From positions 1-64,000 of the IMG/VR virus record IMGVR_UViG_3300027806_000001: a stretch of 64,000 bases of DNA; one strand, 5' to 3'. Positions 1 through 9,663 of this stretch are shown here, in pieces. Source of the DNA: a virus. Under the pieces are notes generated by a model, which saw only the letters and a list, made by a program, of their open reading frames with translations, was not told where the DNA came from and did no database searches. A program made the position numbers and the translations under genes. Every line of letters starts with the position of its first letter. Positions within the stretch are counted from its first letter, which is position 1.

Positions 1-523
1 GGGTGACGGGGATGAAGCTCTCGGCGCCGAACTCCTCGGCGAAGAACGCCTCCGGCGTGGTGTAGTCGTCGAAGTCGGGCCCGAGGTTGCCGATGCGGTA
101 GCCCCTGCCGAGCGAGGTGTAGCCGCAACCCGTCTTCACCAGGGGGTTGCTGGTGCCGCCGCCGAGCCACGGCGGGGTCTTCAGGGTGAGGTTCAGCCGC
201 GGAAGGCAGGCGTCGCCGGCGATGTAGTCGACCGTGCCCTCGAGCCTCAGGCTCTGGTCCTCGTCCTCCGGCTCGACCGGCTGGTTGCTCACGTCGACCG
301 TCACGGGGCTGCAGCCGGTCTCGGCCGGCGGCGGGCTCGGCCACGGCCGGCGCACGTTGTCGTTGACGCAGCGCTGGCCCGGCGGATCGACGATCACGGG
401 AGGGCACAGGCTCACGCCGACGCAGGAGGTCGAGCAGCCGGGATCGACCTCGTCGTCGGCGCAGCCGCCGCAGACCACCGGCCTGACGGGGATGCAGGGA
501 TCGAGGATGTTAGGAATCGGCAT
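1..523 (-). CDS. Cys/Pro-rich putative virion protein, partial (runs off the left edge)
   Basis: Not in the ORF track. ATG at 523 with GGAGGA upstream; reads MPIPNILDPCIPVRPVVCGGCADDEVDPGCSTSC... with no stop before position 1. Confidence 0.7.
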   Translation of the reverse strand, partial: MPIPNILDPCIPVRPVVCGGCADDEVDPGCSTSCVGVSLCPPVIVDPPGQRCVNDNVRRPWPSPPPAETGCSPVTVDVSNQPVEPEDEDQSLRLEGTVDYIAGDACLPRLNLTLKTPPWLGGGTSNPLVKTGCGYTSLGRGYRIGNLGPDFDDYTTPEAFFAEEFGAESFIPVT

Positions 524-764
524 CCCCGTCCTCCTTCAGCCTGATCGTGCCGGGCTGCGGCTCCGGGGTCGGGTCGTCGCGCCGGCCCTGCAGGACGATG
601 TAGTCGTCGTAGGTGTCCTCGGGATTGCGGGAGGCGCGGCGCCTGGCCTCCTCGACCTCGTGGGCCGTGAGCAGCAGCTCCCAGACCACGCCTTCCGAGG
701 TCACGTGCGTGCAGAAGAAGTACTCGGACGCCTCGCTGTGCTTGCGGTTCCTGTTCTCCGCCAT
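510..764 (-). CDS. hypothetical protein, 84 aa
   Basis: Fills the gap between neighbours; protein-like composition; 14-bp overlap with the next gene. Confidence 0.6.
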   Translation of the reverse strand: MAENRNRKHSEASEYFFCTHVTSEGVVWELLLTAHEVEEARRRASRNPEDTYDDYIVLQGRRDDPTPEPQPGTIRLKEDGDADS

Positions 765-765
765 G

Positions 766-1704
766 TCACACCCCCTCGCAGTCGAAGACGCTCGCGTTGT
801 TCGGCCCGGCGGGCAGCCCCACGTGGATGACGAACAGGACCTCGGGCGGGACGGTCTGCATGACGCCGGCGAAGTCGGCCGACTTCTCGAGCAGCTGCTC
901 CCGCGACAGCGTGCCGACCGCCAGGGGCTGCTCCGTGGAGATCCGCAGGTTGCCGCCCGAGTCGGGGACGGCTCCGGAGATGCCGTAGACGACGTCTCCG
1001 CAGAGGACGTCCTTCGGTCCGACGGAATCGGCCCAGGCTCCGCACCGCTCCGCCTGGGTGTCGTTCACCAGGGGCTGGGGAGAGATCGAGATCAGGTTGG
1101 AGACGTCCTGGACGGATATCGAGCAGTTGGCGCCCGCGACGAGCTTCACGTGCCCGTCGATGACGGCGCTGGTGGCCTGGTACCGGCTGCCCGCGGTCTG
1201 CATCAGCAGCGGCTTGGCGTTGCGGCAGCGCAGGCCGGAGACCTTGTGCATCGAGAAGACCGAGACGGTGGCCGGCTCCAGCTCCAGGGAGAACGCGGTT
1301 CCGCTCAGGATCGCGGCGAACACGGCCACGAGGTCGGTCAGCTCGTCGGTGCAGATCCAGCCCTCGAGCGCCAGGCCCGGCGCGACGTAGGCGAAGTCCG
1401 AGGTGTCGAAGTGGTACCGGACCAGGTTCTCCGAGGCCGGGGTCGTCGGAGTCAGGACGAGGTATTCGGCCCGGGCCAGCTCGACCAGGCCGTCCATGAC
1501 CACCAGGCCGATCTTCAAGGCGCCTGCGTCGTGGAAGATCCGGGTGACCGTGGCGCGCGGGTGGCCCGACAGGGCCGCCGGCGAGTGGACCTGCAGCCTG
1601 AAGTCGACCAGGCAGCGCCTCAGGACGTCCCTGGTGTTTCCGGAGGCCTGGACATGCGGTATGTCGATGAACGGGTAGGAGATGGACTTCAGGGTCTCGT
1701 ACAT
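766..1704 (-). CDS. baseplate/fibre-associated paralogue 5, 312 aa
   Basis: N-terminal ..SYPF and internal YGISGAVPDSGGNLRI motifs resemble the four upstream paralogues. Confidence 0.55.
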   Translation of the reverse strand: MYETLKSISYPFIDIPHVQASGNTRDVLRRCLVDFRLQVHSPAALSGHPRATVTRIFHDAGALKIGLVVMDGLVELARAEYLVLTPTTPASENLVRYHFDTSDFAYVAPGLALEGWICTDELTDLVAVFAAILSGTAFSLELEPATVSVFSMHKVSGLRCRNAKPLLMQTAGSRYQATSAVIDGHVKLVAGANCSISVQDVSNLISISPQPLVNDTQAERCGAWADSVGPKDVLCGDVVYGISGAVPDSGGNLRISTEQPLAVGTLSREQLLEKSADFAGVMQTVPPEVLFVIHVGLPAGPNNASVFDCEGV

Positions 1705-1705
1705 G

Positions 1706-2548
1706 TCATCCTCCCGCCATGCTGAAGACGAGCGAGTTGTCCTCGACCGTGATGCGGAACGCCGGCCTGAAGTCCAGGGCGGTGGTGCCCGCCGGCAGCG
1801 GGTCCGGCATGCCCTGGGTCCGCAGCACCAGGGCTATGGATCCGTCCGGGCGGGACTGCAGCCTGCTGGCGAACGGGCCGACGAGCTGGCCCTGGGCGTT
1901 CTTGACGTAGTGCACGACGGTCAGCTGCTGCAGGAACGTGCCCTGCAGGTCCAGCGCCTGGTTGCCCTCCGAGGACGGCTCCTCCTGGATGCAGTCGTAC
2001 CTGGTCGGATGCGGGTCTCCCACGATGTCGACCCTGAGCGTCGAGGAGTCGACCCGGGTCAGCGAGATGCCCTCCGAGGCCGAAAGCAGCACGTCGCCCG
2101 AGGCTCCGCCCAGAGACGTCACCTGGGGGTAGGGCATGGCCTCGACGCAGCAGGACAGGAAGTCGGCGGTGCCGGGCGGCAGCTCGTACTCGCCTTCGTC
2201 GATGGCCTGCAGGAACTGGGTCCGCGCCGGGTCGACGACCAGGCAGCCGGCGGGGACCGCTCCAGCCAGCACGGTGATTAGCGAGTCCTGGCCTCCGAGC
2301 AGGATCCTGGCCGTGCCGACGACGACCGAGCCGGTGACCAGCTCGAGCACGACCGCGTCGTAGGCGCGGATCAGCCGGCCGATGCGGCAGGGCTCCTCGG
2401 CCTGGTACTGGCCCCGGGGGTAGACGCGGGCGTCCAGGATCCAGCCGGTCGGCAGGGCTCCTCCGTCGAAGAACAGGCTGGATCCGTCCGTGAACGGATG
2501 CCTGCGCAGGGAGTTCAGGTTGCGCCACTCGAGGTTCTGGATGCTCAT
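1706..2548 (-). CDS. baseplate/fibre-associated paralogue 4, 280 aa (start re-called inside track ORF 1706..5215)
   Basis: ATGA overlap at 2545-2548; N-terminus MSIQNLEWRNLNSLRRHPF; VTSLGGASGDVLL motif. Confidence 0.65.
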   Translation of the reverse strand: MSIQNLEWRNLNSLRRHPFTDGSSLFFDGGALPTGWILDARVYPRGQYQAEEPCRIGRLIRAYDAVVLELVTGSVVVGTARILLGGQDSLITVLAGAVPAGCLVVDPARTQFLQAIDEGEYELPPGTADFLSCCVEAMPYPQVTSLGGASGDVLLSASEGISLTRVDSSTLRVDIVGDPHPTRYDCIQEEPSSEGNQALDLQGTFLQQLTVVHYVKNAQGQLVGPFASRLQSRPDGSIALVLRTQGMPDPLPAGTTALDFRPAFRITVEDNSLVFSMAGG

Positions 2549-4092
2549 GACTGCACCGCCGATACTCCGATGGTGCGGATGGACGATTCGCCGGAGGGTC
2601 CGACGTACTGCTGCACCTGGGTGCCCACGCCGTCGGGCTGGATCGGGCCGGCCGCCAGGACCTTGCCGCCCTGGAGGATGGCCCAGGAGGAGTCGGGAGA
2701 TCCGCGCAGCTGCAGCTCGTAGGACTGGTCGGTCGACAGGAGGTAGCGCCGGTATCCGACGCGGTCGTAGGTTCCCGCAAACGGGAAGGCGTCCGCGGCG
2801 TCCACGGCGACCAGCAGCTGGGAGACTCCCTGGAGGTCGTAGGCGGTCGGCAGGCCCAGCTCGAGCCGGTGCTGGTTCGCCAGGTACTCCACCGTGCGGG
2901 ATCCCCTGAAGTTGGAGTCGACCGGCCCGTAGGCCAGCAGGCTGGCCCCCTGGCCGCTGTACAGCTGCCACTCCTTGGACACCTGGTCGATCTCCAGCCG
3001 GGTGAACATCTCGCCCAGGGCGGAGACGGGCAGCCCGGACTCGAACACCGCGATTCCCGGCCGGCCGGCCTTCTGGCTGACGTAGGTGAACACGCCCGAG
3101 GCGCAGCCCGAAGGGCCGCAGGACTCGAAGTAGAGCGCCGCTCCCAGCGAGGGTGGCTGCACGTCGCCCGTGCCCGAGACGGGGGATATGGCCTGGCCGA
3201 CGTCCGACGTCTCGCAGCCCGAGGGCGGCCGGGGCCGGCCTGCGCAGAACCGCTCGAGCGGAATGTCGGACGACACCTGCAGGCTCTCGGAGCCGCCGGA
3301 GCCTGCGATGGTGGCGTAGAAGGGGCGGTCGAGCACGACCACGATCTCGCTGGCGGGGCCGGCGGGGTACACGCCGTTGATCCTGCGGATGGGGTCTCCG
3401 CCGCACGATCCGGCCTCGGGCCGGCCTCCGCACTCCCCGACGTACTGGGCCAGGTTGCGCCTGACGGTGGTGGAGTCTCCGGAGAACTGCAGCCGCAGCT
3501 CCGACGGACCGGCCTGGACGATCTCGAGGCCCTGCTGGCCCTCGAGCAGCACCGCGCCGTCGAGCGCCGTCTCGAATCCCTGCCTGCCGATGCTGAGCAC
3601 GCCGGAGTAGTCCAGCCTGGTGACGCAGCGGTCGGAGAGCATGGAGGCCGAGGGGCCGGAGAAGTGCCAGGAACCGGCCTCGAGGATGCCCGGGCCGAAG
3701 ACGACCCAGCCGCCGACGCCCGGCTCCACCGGGATCAGCGGGACGACCGCGCCGGGAAGGACGTCGTCGCGCAGCGCCTGGACCCGGGCCAGGACGATGG
3801 CCCCCAGCGCCGCGTAGTCGGCCGAGTGCAGGGTCGTCGCAGGGGCTCCCTGCATGAAGGGATGGGTCGCCGAGCCCATGATGGTCATGGTGACCAGGCG
3901 GTCGGTCACGTTGATGCTGGACACGAAGGCGCACGCCGCGGCGGCCTTGGGGATGCACATGCTGAGGTCGGCCAGCAGCGAGCTGACGCGCTCGAGCAGG
4001 GGCCCGGAGTAGGGCTCCATCGTGGCCGCGTCGTCCACCGGGTAGTTCCGGTAGGCGTTCTCGTTGAGGAAGTCCTTGGTGACGACTCGCAT
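2545..4092 (-). CDS. baseplate/fibre-associated paralogue 3, 515 aa
   Basis: N-terminus DFLNENAYRNYP; internal IRRINGV motif. Confidence 0.65.
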   Translation of the reverse strand: MRVVTKDFLNENAYRNYPVDDAATMEPYSGPLLERVSSLLADLSMCIPKAAAACAFVSSINVTDRLVTMTIMGSATHPFMQGAPATTLHSADYAALGAIVLARVQALRDDVLPGAVVPLIPVEPGVGGWVVFGPGILEAGSWHFSGPSASMLSDRCVTRLDYSGVLSIGRQGFETALDGAVLLEGQQGLEIVQAGPSELRLQFSGDSTTVRRNLAQYVGECGGRPEAGSCGGDPIRRINGVYPAGPASEIVVVLDRPFYATIAGSGGSESLQVSSDIPLERFCAGRPRPPSGCETSDVGQAISPVSGTGDVQPPSLGAALYFESCGPSGCASGVFTYVSQKAGRPGIAVFESGLPVSALGEMFTRLEIDQVSKEWQLYSGQGASLLAYGPVDSNFRGSRTVEYLANQHRLELGLPTAYDLQGVSQLLVAVDAADAFPFAGTYDRVGYRRYLLSTDQSYELQLRGSPDSSWAILQGGKVLAAGPIQPDGVGTQVQQYVGPSGESSIRTIGVSAVQS

Positions 4093-4095
4093 GGA

Positions 4096-5955
4096 TCAGG
4101 GGCCTGCTGTGAACGACGAGGAGACCTTGAACGGCACGGCGGGGATGTCCACGGGATCGTCGATCGCTCCGTCCACCGCCCTGCACCTGGATGCCAGTCC
4201 GCCGGACGGCGGCAGCACGTACTCGGCCACGGCCTGGTAGGTGCCCGAGTAGCCGCTCGGGATGGATCCTAGCGAAATCTCGGATTCTCCGGCCGCGGTG
4301 ACCGACGCCGTCGACGAGCCGACCTCGATCCACTGGCCGTCGACCAGCCTGCGGTAGGAGATGAGCAGCTGGGCGGATCCGTAGACCGCGTCGTTGAACT
4401 TCATCTTGAGCTCGCCGCCGGAGTACGAGACGTACGAGCCGCGGACGGACGGGCATGGATTGACAGACTGCCGGTTCGGGCCGATCTTGGCCGTGCGGCT
4501 GGTGACCTGGATCTGGCGGTCGGTGGCCGGGCCGCAGGCGGGCAGGCCGGGCTCGGTGCCGCGGTACGAGAGCTCCATGCCGACCGTCAGGTCGACCGGC
4601 TCGTTGCGCAGGTGGACGATCTTGCGGAAGATGGGGTCGACGATCATGGCGCCGGCGGTCATCATGGCGTAGCCGGTGCACGGCTCGAGCTCGTTGGGGC
4701 TCTCGCCGGTCTGGCCGCAGGCCGCCACGCCCTCCAGCTGGGTGAAGTCCACCGAGGTGTCCATCCGGCCCTGCTGGGACGACTCGAAGGCGATGCCCTT
4801 GGTCGTCGGGTTGAGGTTCTTGAAGTAGAGGTACGAGGCGTCCGCCATCGGCAGGATGGCCACCGGCTGGCCTGCCGCCATGGAGTAGGTGACCTGCTGG
4901 TCGCCGGTGCCCTCGGTGGCCGTCAGGGCCGTGGAGGTGCTGAACCGGGCGGTCAGGTTCATGGAGTCGATGCGGATCTTCTCGCTCGTGTTGTTCTCGA
5001 CCATGGCCTGGACCTGCAGCTTGAAGTTCTGCTGCGGCCAGAGCCTGAACCGGGGGTTTAGCGTGTTGGAGGTCGGGCAGCAGGCCTGCCTCGCGGCGAA
5101 CCTGCCGGCGATCGAGTTGTAGCTGCGGGCCGCGGTGTTGAAGTCCGTGGCCGAGGAGTGGTGGCCGACGGCCAGGCCCTTGATGTAGTCCGAGGCGGCC
5201 TGGTAGTCGCCGCACCTGCAGCAGGGGGCGCAGTGCGCGTCGATCTTGACGGTGTTCTCCGCCGGCAGGGCGTCGATCGCGATGCAGTCGCCGGGCGGGG
5301 ACTTGAGCAGGATGTTGCCGCGCTCGTCGGCTCCGGCGCCGGAGATGGTCCTGACCACGCCGGACGGGCCCGACGAGTCGCCGTCGCAGGGCTCCAGGCC
5401 CGCACCGGCGCCGGCCTCAACGGACAGGGCCAGCGAGGAGGCGGCGGGAGCCGCGGCAAGGACGTAGTTGTAGCCTGGGAGCACCAGCACCTGGCCGGTC
5501 AGGGTCGTGCCGCCGACCGACAGGTCGACCGAGCCTCCGTCAAGCTCCAGGCAGCACGGGGCCAGGCGGAAGACCGCCGACGGATCCGACTCGTAGGACG
5601 CGTCCGACGGGAAGACGTAGGTGAGGAACAGGTTCCTGGCAGGCACGGCCAGGGATCCGTGGACGTAGCCGCCGTGCTCGCTCTCGACCACGTGGGCGAC
5701 TTCGGGCAGCCCGACGTAGGCGACGAAGTCCGACGGGGAGGCCAGGATGGATCCGTCGCAGTCGACGGTGCACTCCAGCCGCGGGGAGGTGGGCTTGATG
5801 CGGATGCCTCTCAGCGAGACGTTGCAGGACGGCAGGGGCGCCGAGATGCGGATCGCCGCGATCGGAGGCACGGCCTGGGCGGCGGGCGCCGGCAGGAAGG
5901 GCATCCCCGACCCAAGAGCCTCCTCGAGGAATCCTGCGCCGTAGCTGCTCTGCAT
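4096..5955 (-). CDS. baseplate/fibre-associated paralogue 2, 619 aa
   Basis: VRTISGAGADERGNILL motif, then HCAPCCRC and a helical segment. Confidence 0.65.
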   Translation of the reverse strand: MQSSYGAGFLEEALGSGMPFLPAPAAQAVPPIAAIRISAPLPSCNVSLRGIRIKPTSPRLECTVDCDGSILASPSDFVAYVGLPEVAHVVESEHGGYVHGSLAVPARNLFLTYVFPSDASYESDPSAVFRLAPCCLELDGGSVDLSVGGTTLTGQVLVLPGYNYVLAAAPAASSLALSVEAGAGAGLEPCDGDSSGPSGVVRTISGAGADERGNILLKSPPGDCIAIDALPAENTVKIDAHCAPCCRCGDYQAASDYIKGLAVGHHSSATDFNTAARSYNSIAGRFAARQACCPTSNTLNPRFRLWPQQNFKLQVQAMVENNTSEKIRIDSMNLTARFSTSTALTATEGTGDQQVTYSMAAGQPVAILPMADASYLYFKNLNPTTKGIAFESSQQGRMDTSVDFTQLEGVAACGQTGESPNELEPCTGYAMMTAGAMIVDPIFRKIVHLRNEPVDLTVGMELSYRGTEPGLPACGPATDRQIQVTSRTAKIGPNRQSVNPCPSVRGSYVSYSGGELKMKFNDAVYGSAQLLISYRRLVDGQWIEVGSSTASVTAAGESEISLGSIPSGYSGTYQAVAEYVLPPSGGLASRCRAVDGAIDDPVDIPAVPFKVSSSFTAGP

Positions 5956-5958
5956 GGA

Positions 5959-6936
5959 TCAGTCTCCGTCCTGGGCGCAGCTGCTGGGGTCGAGCGAGGA
6001 GCCGAGGCAGTTCTGCTGCAGGCTGCTCATGCCCGAGCTCAGCTGGGAGATCTTGAGGGCCAGGTCGTTCTGCTGGGTGCGCATGGCGTCGACGTCGTCG
6101 ACCACGACCTGCAGCTCGTTGCAGCCGCAGCAAGGCTTGGCGCAGGAGTCCGAGATCGAGATGCCGGTGTTTCCGTCGGCCGGGGAGACCTCGACGCAGT
6201 CGCCGCCCACCAGGTTGACGTTGCCGATCACGTCGCCCGGCACTCCGTTGATCGTGCGGATGCAGGGGGGCAGCTCGATGCCGCTGCAGGCGCAGCTCTC
6301 GGCCAGGCCGCTGCCGTCGATGGCGTTGAGGGTCAGGGAGTAGCCCGCGCCGCCCGACAGCGTGGTCACCTGGATGGAGTGGTTGGAGCCGCTGGCCAGC
6401 GACACCTGGCCGGACAGCACCGAGGTGATGCCCGACTGGTTGGAGACGCGGAGGCCGCTGACGCGCCGCGGGCCGAACGAGACGGTGCAGGACTCGAGCC
6501 GGCCGCCGTCGACGTCGAAGTCGGCCGTGCCGTACGTCGGCTGGATGCCGGAGACCCGGCCGACGACGGCCATGCCGTTGGCCTGGGACAGGTCGTAGCC
6601 GCCGGACGACAGGACTCCCTTGAGCTGGACGGTCGAGTATTCGGAGAAGGTCGAGAAGGTCACCGGGCTCGACACCGCCACCACGGGGATGGTCAGGTCG
6701 TCGTCCGCGTAGCCGATCGAGAAGACCAGGCCCTGGGGGTAGACCGTGATGGAGCTGACGTGGAACTTGGCCGGGGACAGCGCCGCGATGTACGGCACGT
6801 GCAGCTTGAGGTCGACCAGGAAGTCGTCCGGGATACGCAGCGTGGAGTTGTAGGACTGCAGGGTCGCCGACTGCGACAACGGGTAGTTGCGCAGCAGATT
6901 GGAGTTGAGCCAGCCTGTTCCTACGGTCTGGGGCAT
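5959..6936 (-). CDS. baseplate/fibre-associated paralogue 1, 325 aa
   Basis: N-terminus GWLNSNLLRNYPL; IRTINGVPGDVIGNVNL; SCAKPCCGC followed by a heptad-like C-terminus. Confidence 0.65.
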   Translation of the reverse strand: MPQTVGTGWLNSNLLRNYPLSQSATLQSYNSTLRIPDDFLVDLKLHVPYIAALSPAKFHVSSITVYPQGLVFSIGYADDDLTIPVVAVSSPVTFSTFSEYSTVQLKGVLSSGGYDLSQANGMAVVGRVSGIQPTYGTADFDVDGGRLESCTVSFGPRRVSGLRVSNQSGITSVLSGQVSLASGSNHSIQVTTLSGGAGYSLTLNAIDGSGLAESCACSGIELPPCIRTINGVPGDVIGNVNLVGGDCVEVSPADGNTGISISDSCAKPCCGCNELQVVVDDVDAMRTQQNDLALKISQLSSGMSSLQQNCLGSSLDPSSCAQDGD

Positions 6937-6946
6937 GGGTCACCTG

Positions 6947-9166
6947 TCAGCTGATGTTCCGGACGAACCTGTAGCGCATGGAGAGGATCCCGAGCTTGCC
7001 GGGGTATCCGTCGGTCGCCGAGCGCAGCAGGTTGAAGAAGAACGATCCGTCGTTCGTGAGGGTCGTGAGCGGGGTGGCCGTGATCTTGAAGAACGTCCTG
7101 GCGGGCTGGCTGAGGGGCAGCGTCAGGCTGCTCGATCCCTCGACGACGTTCGTGGCCGACGCCAGGCTGCCCGGCGGGGTCTTGATCCAGGTCCAGTTCA
7201 GGCTCAGCGGGGGCGTGTTCTCGCTGCCCGAGGCGTGCAGGGCCACGAAGACGAACTCGAGCTGCACCGTGTAGGTCGCCGGGCTGGCGACCAGGTAGGC
7301 CGGCACGTCGATCTTGCCGAGGATCGACGAGTTGCGCCCCTGGGGCATCGAGTAGTAGAAGATGGCCTTCTGCGGGTCGCGCTCGACCAGGACGTCGTCC
7401 ACGGCGAGGATGTCGGGGGATCCCTCGAGCTTGCCGTCCAGGCCCTGCACCGAGAGCGTCACCGAGCCCTTGCCGCCCAGGACGGACGACTGGACCAGGA
7501 TGTTGTCCCCGGCGAGGATCTTCTCGACGACGTGGCCGCGCTTCATCACGAAGCCGGTCACGTCCTTGACGACCAGGGAGCCCTCTTCGGTCGAGGTGCC
7601 CTCGAGCACGTCGAAGCCCGCGCGCAGGACGAGCGGGCCGGTGGTGGCGGCGTTGCCCTCCGGGTCGGTGAGGAGCAGCGCGCGGCTCGAAGGGTCGACC
7701 TCCAGGCTGGTGACGACCGCCACTCCGCCGCTGACGAGCTTGGCGTAGCAGAGGCTGAGCTCCGCGGGCTCGACGATCGAGCCGGCCGTGGCGACGGTGA
7801 AGTCCGTGTAGGTGACCTGCGGGTTGGGCAGGATGTCCGAGGCGCCGGCGGTGTTCCACGGCAGCTGGTTCAGGCCGTCGAACCACCAGATTCCGTTGCT
7901 GTCGACCCTGGCGACGTCCGGAGACAGCGCCACGCCGTTCTTGTGCAGGACGTAGGCGCTGACGACGCCCTCGGGGAACAGCTGCCCGAGGAGCGGATCC
8001 CGCTTGAAGTTGTAGCCGTACCGGGCGCCGGCCGGGATGGTGACGCCTGGGAAGTACGTGCCGGTGGCCGGCAGCCAGCCCGGGAGGGTGTCGCTGACGA
8101 GGCCGGTCAGCCCGCTGGCCGTGGTGACGAGCTGTCGATGGGTCGAGCTGGCGTTGATCAGAGGGACGTACGAGGACGTGGAGGAGAGGGTGTTGCCTCC
8201 GGACGGTCCGATGTTCAGCGCCTCGCCGCCGGTGGTCGCGCCGAAGGCGCGGATGACGATCGCCTTGGTGGCGTCCGACTTGAAGACGTCCGCGTAGGTG
8301 GCCTTGCTGGCCAGCCTGGAGACGAGGCCCGGGGCCACGGTCAGGTTCACCAGGGCCACCGTGCCGGGCGACGTGCCGACGAAGGCCCTGACGGTGCCGG
8401 TCAGCAGCAGGGTCTCCGGCGTGTTCAGCGTACCGGCCACCGAGGTGTAGACGTCCACCTTGGAGCCGACCGCGAAGGTCGCCGAGAAGCCTGCCGCGGC
8501 GTCGCTGACCACCTTGGTCAGGATGATCTCGGGCATCGCAGGCTGGGTGGCCAGCTCGAACCTGAGGGCCTGGGTCTCGAGGGCGCCGGCGATCGGCGGC
8601 CGGACGATCAGGTGCCCGCCCTGGCCCGTGGAGTAGTCGGTCAGGTTGCAGACCGGCGCGTTGACCAGCCCTGGCCGGGACGTCAGCCTGCCGGCGTTGG
8701 CGGCGCCCGACGCCAGGTAAAGCACGCCCCGCTCCGAGGAGTCGAGCAGCATGTTGACCGTGATGTCGATGCCGAAGCAGTCGTCGCCGGTGTACTTGGT
8801 CGGGTCGATCAGGCCCTCGATGACGATCGTGCCCGAGTCGGCGGTGTCCTTGGCGACCACGATGCCGACCACGCCCGAGGTCTTGCTCGGCCGCAGGTAG
8901 CCGTCGACGTAGTCGAAGGCGGCGTAGGCCGGGGCGAACTTCAGGACGTCGTCGTCGAAGTAGACCGCGTTGCCGGTCGCCACCGTCGAGGTCAGCGGGG
9001 CTCCGGTCACGACCAGCGCCTGCGCGTAGTCCTGGGAGTCCTGCCGGGTCTTGAGGTGGTCGGTCCGCTGCGCCAGCTGGTAGATGGCGCGGTTCGCGAC
9101 CTCGGCCGTGACCGGCTCTCCGTTGCGAACTGCCTCGATGATGTTCTGCCAGGGCTGGATGGGCAT
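6947..9166 (-). CDS. baseplate-attached tail fibre / fibre-base protein, 739 aa
   Basis: N-terminal GEPVTAEVANRAIYQLAQRTDHLK resembles myovirus fibre attachment segments; lies just after the wedge genes. Confidence 0.55.
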   Translation of the reverse strand: MPIQPWQNIIEAVRNGEPVTAEVANRAIYQLAQRTDHLKTRQDSQDYAQALVVTGAPLTSTVATGNAVYFDDDVLKFAPAYAAFDYVDGYLRPSKTSGVVGIVVAKDTADSGTIVIEGLIDPTKYTGDDCFGIDITVNMLLDSSERGVLYLASGAANAGRLTSRPGLVNAPVCNLTDYSTGQGGHLIVRPPIAGALETQALRFELATQPAMPEIILTKVVSDAAAGFSATFAVGSKVDVYTSVAGTLNTPETLLLTGTVRAFVGTSPGTVALVNLTVAPGLVSRLASKATYADVFKSDATKAIVIRAFGATTGGEALNIGPSGGNTLSSTSSYVPLINASSTHRQLVTTASGLTGLVSDTLPGWLPATGTYFPGVTIPAGARYGYNFKRDPLLGQLFPEGVVSAYVLHKNGVALSPDVARVDSNGIWWFDGLNQLPWNTAGASDILPNPQVTYTDFTVATAGSIVEPAELSLCYAKLVSGGVAVVTSLEVDPSSRALLLTDPEGNAATTGPLVLRAGFDVLEGTSTEEGSLVVKDVTGFVMKRGHVVEKILAGDNILVQSSVLGGKGSVTLSVQGLDGKLEGSPDILAVDDVLVERDPQKAIFYYSMPQGRNSSILGKIDVPAYLVASPATYTVQLEFVFVALHASGSENTPPLSLNWTWIKTPPGSLASATNVVEGSSSLTLPLSQPARTFFKITATPLTTLTNDGSFFFNLLRSATDGYPGKLGILSMRYRFVRNIS

Positions 9167-9180
9167 CGGGGACTACCGGA

Positions 9181-9660
9181 TCAGGATGCGGTGCTGCTGA
9201 AGGTGAACGTGACGAAGATCTCGGAGCTGGCGCTCTTGACCAGCTGGTCGGCCACGAAGTAGGACCTGGCCAGGACGAGATCCTTGGTGGCGTCCGCGGG
9301 ATCTTGCGCCAGCACCAGGGCGGCGCCGTAGCAGCTGGCGTTGGTGCCGAAGGCGGCGCCCCCCGAGTTCATGGGCACGTACGGCGAGGCCGACTGGCCG
9401 AAGAACCGGATGGCCGTCGAGTAGGTGGGGGTTCCGGAGGACGTGTCGGTGCGCACCGGGTCGGCGATGGCCGGCACCCGGAGGTAGTTCAGGGTCGATC
9501 CGAGGCCCGTGTAGTAGGCCCGCGGATCGGCCAGGACGCCGGTCGGCGCCGCGACCACCGGGCTGCCGGCCGCGGTGTACTCCAGGTAGAGGTACATGTC
9601 CGACTTGGAGAGGGCCTCGGCCAGGGCCTTGGGAAGAGCGGATGTCTGCAGAATCGACAT
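9181..9660 (-). CDS. putative baseplate/fibre-junction protein, 159 aa
   Basis: Beta-rich small protein between wedge and fibre genes; function from synteny only. Confidence 0.45.
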   Translation of the reverse strand: MSILQTSALPKALAEALSKSDMYLYLEYTAAGSPVVAAPTGVLADPRAYYTGLGSTLNYLRVPAIADPVRTDTSSGTPTYSTAIRFFGQSASPYVPMNSGGAAFGTNASCYGAALVLAQDPADATKDLVLARSYFVADQLVKSASSEIFVTFTFSSTAS

Positions 9661-9663
9661 TTT

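Noticed and set aside
1706-5215. 1169-aa track ORF; likewise 45878..48304, 20085..21221, 12951..14054 and 14122..15942 as single long genes
   Set aside because: Only the 3' parts are protein-like. Each has an internal start forming a stop-start overlap with the upstream gene, so starts were re-called.
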